Of a stretch of 61,834 bases of DNA, positions 59,332 to 61,834 are shown one piece after another (the stretch's first letter is position 1; each line of letters starts with the position of its first letter). The position numbers and the translations under genes are program-made. Where the stretch lies: the NCBI GenBank assembly GCA_964466965.1, contig CAYXPZ010000002.1:1-61834 (forward strand), read 5' to 3'. Source of the stretch: an uncultured Hyphomicrobiaceae bacterium (GTDB taxonomy: Bacteria; Pseudomonadota; Alphaproteobacteria; Rhizobiales; Rhodomicrobiaceae). Below the pieces are notes generated by a model. The model made no database searches, had not been told where the DNA came from, and saw only the letters and a program-made list of their open reading frames with translations.

Positions 59332-59829
59332 ATGACATTTTCCCAACCGATTTACGAGCGCATGGCGCATCCGGTCGATCTCGTGGAGCAGATCGTAATG
59401 GCGCAAGACTGGCCGTTTGAGCGCAGCGCTGAAGATGAACTGACGCTGGCGGTGGCCGGGTCCTGGAGCGACTATCACCTATCGCTGAATTGGCGCGACG
59501 ATCTAGAGTCGCTGCATCTCGCCTGCACTTTCGACCTTAAGGTGCCGCGCGCCCGCCTGGACGAGGTTTATAGGCTGCTCGCGCAGATCAACGAGCAGCT
59601 TTGGGTCGGGCATTTCGATTTTTGGGCGTATGAAGGCCTGCTGCTTTATCGCCACGCGCTGTTGCTGACATCCGCCGACCCGACGCCGCACCAGTGCGAG
59701 AGCCTGTTGCATGCTGCGTTGGAGAACTGCGAGCGATATTACCAGGCGTTCCAGTTCGTTGTGTGGGCGGGGCGCAAGGCGGAAGAAGCGTTGACCAGCA
59801 CAATGTTCGAGACCGAAGGACAAGCGTGA
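59332..59829 (+). CDS. YbjN domain-containing protein
   Basis: HPVDLVE, WPFER, INEQLWVGHFD, CERYYQAFQFV, FETEGQA; upstream of proC. Confidence 0.88.
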   Translation: MTFSQPIYERMAHPVDLVEQIVMAQDWPFERSAEDELTLAVAGSWSDYHLSLNWRDDLESLHLACTFDLKVPRARLDEVYRLLAQINEQLWVGHFDFWAYEGLLLYRHALLLTSADPTPHQCESLLHAALENCERYYQAFQFVVWAGRKAEEALTSTMFETEGQA

Positions 59830-59860
59830 TAGACTTCCGGCAAAACGGAGCAATTCTGTC

Positions 59861-60700
59861 ATGCCGGAGCACCCGAACGCGTTTTTCGTAAGTGAGCCGA
59901 TCGTCCTCGTCGGTGCAGGCCGCATGGGCGGCGCGATGCTGAAGGCGTGGCTGCGCAGCGGGCTGGACCCCGAGCAGGTTTTTGTGGTTGATCCCGGCGC
60001 GCCGGCAGAGACGGTGTCGATGCGTGACGAGCACGGGTTCAGCATCGCGGTCGGCCCAGAGGCGGTCACCACCGTTCCCGGCGTAATCGTCATAGCTGTC
60101 AAACCCCAACAAATGGACGACGTGTTACCGAGCCTTGTGCATCTGATGGGCGGACAGACGGTGGCTATGTCGATTGCGGCGGGGCGAACCATCGAGAGCA
60201 TCGCGCGGCATCTCGGTTCGAACCGGCCGATCGTGCGCGCTATGCCCAACACTCCTGCGGCGATTGGACGCGGAATTTCGGTCGCCTATGCAAATGCGGA
60301 GGTTTCGCCGGATCAGGCGCGGGTCTGCTCTGAGTTGCTGAGCGCGGTCGGCGAGGTTGCCTGGATCGAAGACGAAAGCCTGATGGACGCGGCAACGGGT
60401 GTCTCCGGTTCGGGGCCGGCTTACGTTTTCTTGCTGGCCGAATGCCTTGCCGATGCGGGCGTGGAAGCCGGTTTGTCGCGCGATCTGGCCGAGCAACTGG
60501 CCCGCGCCACGGTTCAGGGGGCGGGTGCGCTGCTTGAAAGCAGTGATGAGCCTGCCGCCAAGCTCTGCGAAAATGTTACCTCGCCAGGCGGGACGACCGA
60601 GGCAGCGCTTGCCGAACTGATGGCCGAGCCTGGGCTGCGCGATCTGATGAAACGGGCCGTCGCTGCGGCTGTGCGCCGGTCGAAAGAGTTGTCCGGCTGA
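59861..60700 (+). CDS. proC: pyrroline-5-carboxylate reductase
   Basis: [40 protein letters not shown]. Confidence 0.97.
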   Translation: MPEHPNAFFVSEPIVLVGAGRMGGAMLKAWLRSGLDPEQVFVVDPGAPAETVSMRDEHGFSIAVGPEAVTTVPGVIVIAVKPQQMDDVLPSLVHLMGGQTVAMSIAAGRTIESIARHLGSNRPIVRAMPNTPAAIGRGISVAYANAEVSPDQARVCSELLSAVGEVAWIEDESLMDAATGVSGSGPAYVFLLAECLADAGVEAGLSRDLAEQLARATVQGAGALLESSDEPAAKLCENVTSPGGTTEAALAELMAEPGLRDLMKRAVAAAVRRSKELSG

Positions 60701-60761
60701 GCCATACCCGATATGGCAGGCTGCGCATCGCGGCGCGGGCCGCTCAATCAGGCGAGGCGTG

Positions 60762-61769
60762 ATGAAAGTACTGCTGACGGGGGTCGCCGGTTTTATCGGC
60801 TTTCATGTAGCGAGGATGCTGCTGGATCGGGGCGATCAGGTCGCCGGCGTTGACAATCTGAACGACTACTATGATGTCCGGCTGAAGGAAGCCCGCCTGG
60901 CCCAGCTCGAAGGGCGCAACGGCTTTCACTTCATCCGCGCCGACCTCGCGGACCGCGAGGCAACCGCCGCAATATTTCTCGATGAACGCCCCAATCGCGT
61001 CGTCCATCTGGCCGCGCAGCCCGGCGTTCGCTACTCGCTCGAAAATCCTCACGCTTACGCGGACGCAAACATCGTCGGCCTGCTGAACGTGCTCGAAGGC
61101 TGCCGCTACGGCGAGGTCGAGCATCTCGTTTACGCCTCTTCGAGCTCTGTATATGGCGCCAACACCCAGATGCCGTTCAGCGTGCACCAGAACGTCGACC
61201 ATCCCCTGAGCCTTTACGCCGCGACCAAGAAGGCCGGGGAACTGATGGCTCATACCTATGCGCACCTGTACCAATTCCCGGTTACGGGCCTGCGCTTCTT
61301 TACTGTCTACGGGCCTTGGGGCCGACCGGACATGTCGCCATTTATCTTCACGAAAAAGATCATCGCGGGCGAGCCGATCGACGTGTTCAACCATGGCAAG
61401 CATGCGCGTGACTTCACCTATATTGACGACATCACCGAGGGCGTTATCCGAACGCTCGACCGTATCGCCGAACCCGATCCGGCGTGGGACAGCGCCGCGC
61501 CCGATCCGAGCACGTCAAACGCGCCCTACCGGCTCTACAACATCGGCAACAACCAGCCGGTGCCGTTGATGACCTATATCGAGACTATCGAGCGGGCGGT
61601 CGGCAAGGAGGCTGTCAAGAATTATCAGCCGATGCAGCCCGGCGACGTGCCGGAGACCTATGCGGACGTTGACGATTTGGCGCGCGATGTCGGCTTTCGG
61701 CCATCGACGCCGCTTGCGGAGGGCATTTCGCGCTTCGTGGCGTGGTACCGCGACTTTTATGGCGTCTGA
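60762..61769 (+). CDS. NAD-dependent epimerase, UDP-glucuronate 4-epimerase type
   Basis: [47 protein letters not shown]. Confidence 0.93.
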   Translation: MKVLLTGVAGFIGFHVARMLLDRGDQVAGVDNLNDYYDVRLKEARLAQLEGRNGFHFIRADLADREATAAIFLDERPNRVVHLAAQPGVRYSLENPHAYADANIVGLLNVLEGCRYGEVEHLVYASSSSVYGANTQMPFSVHQNVDHPLSLYAATKKAGELMAHTYAHLYQFPVTGLRFFTVYGPWGRPDMSPFIFTKKIIAGEPIDVFNHGKHARDFTYIDDITEGVIRTLDRIAEPDPAWDSAAPDPSTSNAPYRLYNIGNNQPVPLMTYIETIERAVGKEAVKNYQPMQPGDVPETYADVDDLARDVGFRPSTPLAEGISRFVAWYRDFYGV

Positions 61770-61795
61770 AGCGTCGGTAGATTGCGCGCAACGCC

Positions 61796-61834
61796 GTCAT
61801 CCCGGGTGCGGTGCAGCACACAGTGATGCGCCGC
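61796..61834 (+). repeat. probable REP-like intergenic palindrome, truncated by the window end
   Basis: GTCATCCCGGGTGCGGTGCAGCACACAGTGATGCGCCGC folds as GCGGTGCA/TGCGCCGC and starts with the GTCATCCC motif typical of Rhizobiales intergenic repeats. Confidence 0.5.

Overview
GC-rich alphaproteobacterial chromosome segment, most likely Hyphomicrobiales/Rhizobiales from gene order and the 16S 5' end, that spans the replication origin region. From left to right it holds the 5' end of a minus-strand 16S rRNA gene with promoter and boxA, an M23 peptidase, thiL-hppA, an ArsR plus dehalogenase-like hydrolase pair, ribB fused to a degenerate GTP cyclohydrolase II domain, a flavin reductase, and yggS/leuS-lptE-holA. 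Next comes the canonical ori-proximal block parB-parA-rsmG-mnmG-mnmE, yyaL, rho-hemJ-hemE, the putative oriC, and PDRP-maf-aroE-coaE-dnaQ/secB, with three parS-like sites. The right half has tRNA-Leu(TAA), a comC/suyAB/slcC sulfolactate desulfonation cluster, several unknown envelope proteins, mgtE, a photolyase, pxpABC, a SOUL protein, prs, a pgeF-midA-lgt operon interrupted by a degenerate FRG-domain gene, an ECF sigma factor with no adjacent anti-sigma facing a DUF4168-like gene, ybjN-proC and a UDP-glucuronate epimerase. I found no integrase, transposase, prophage or CRISPR array. Most of the window is housekeeping, and I cannot point to a clearly new multi-gene system. The best leads are the motif-degenerate FRG gene inside a core operon, two same-architecture bipartite palindromic repeats in tandem behind rho, the dehalogenase-like hydrolase with a remodelled halide pocket, the ECF/DUF4168 module with back-to-back -35 elements, and a scattered set of ECF-type promoters on photolyase, DUF2177 and SOUL genes. 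All family assignments come from motif recognition by eye, not database searches.
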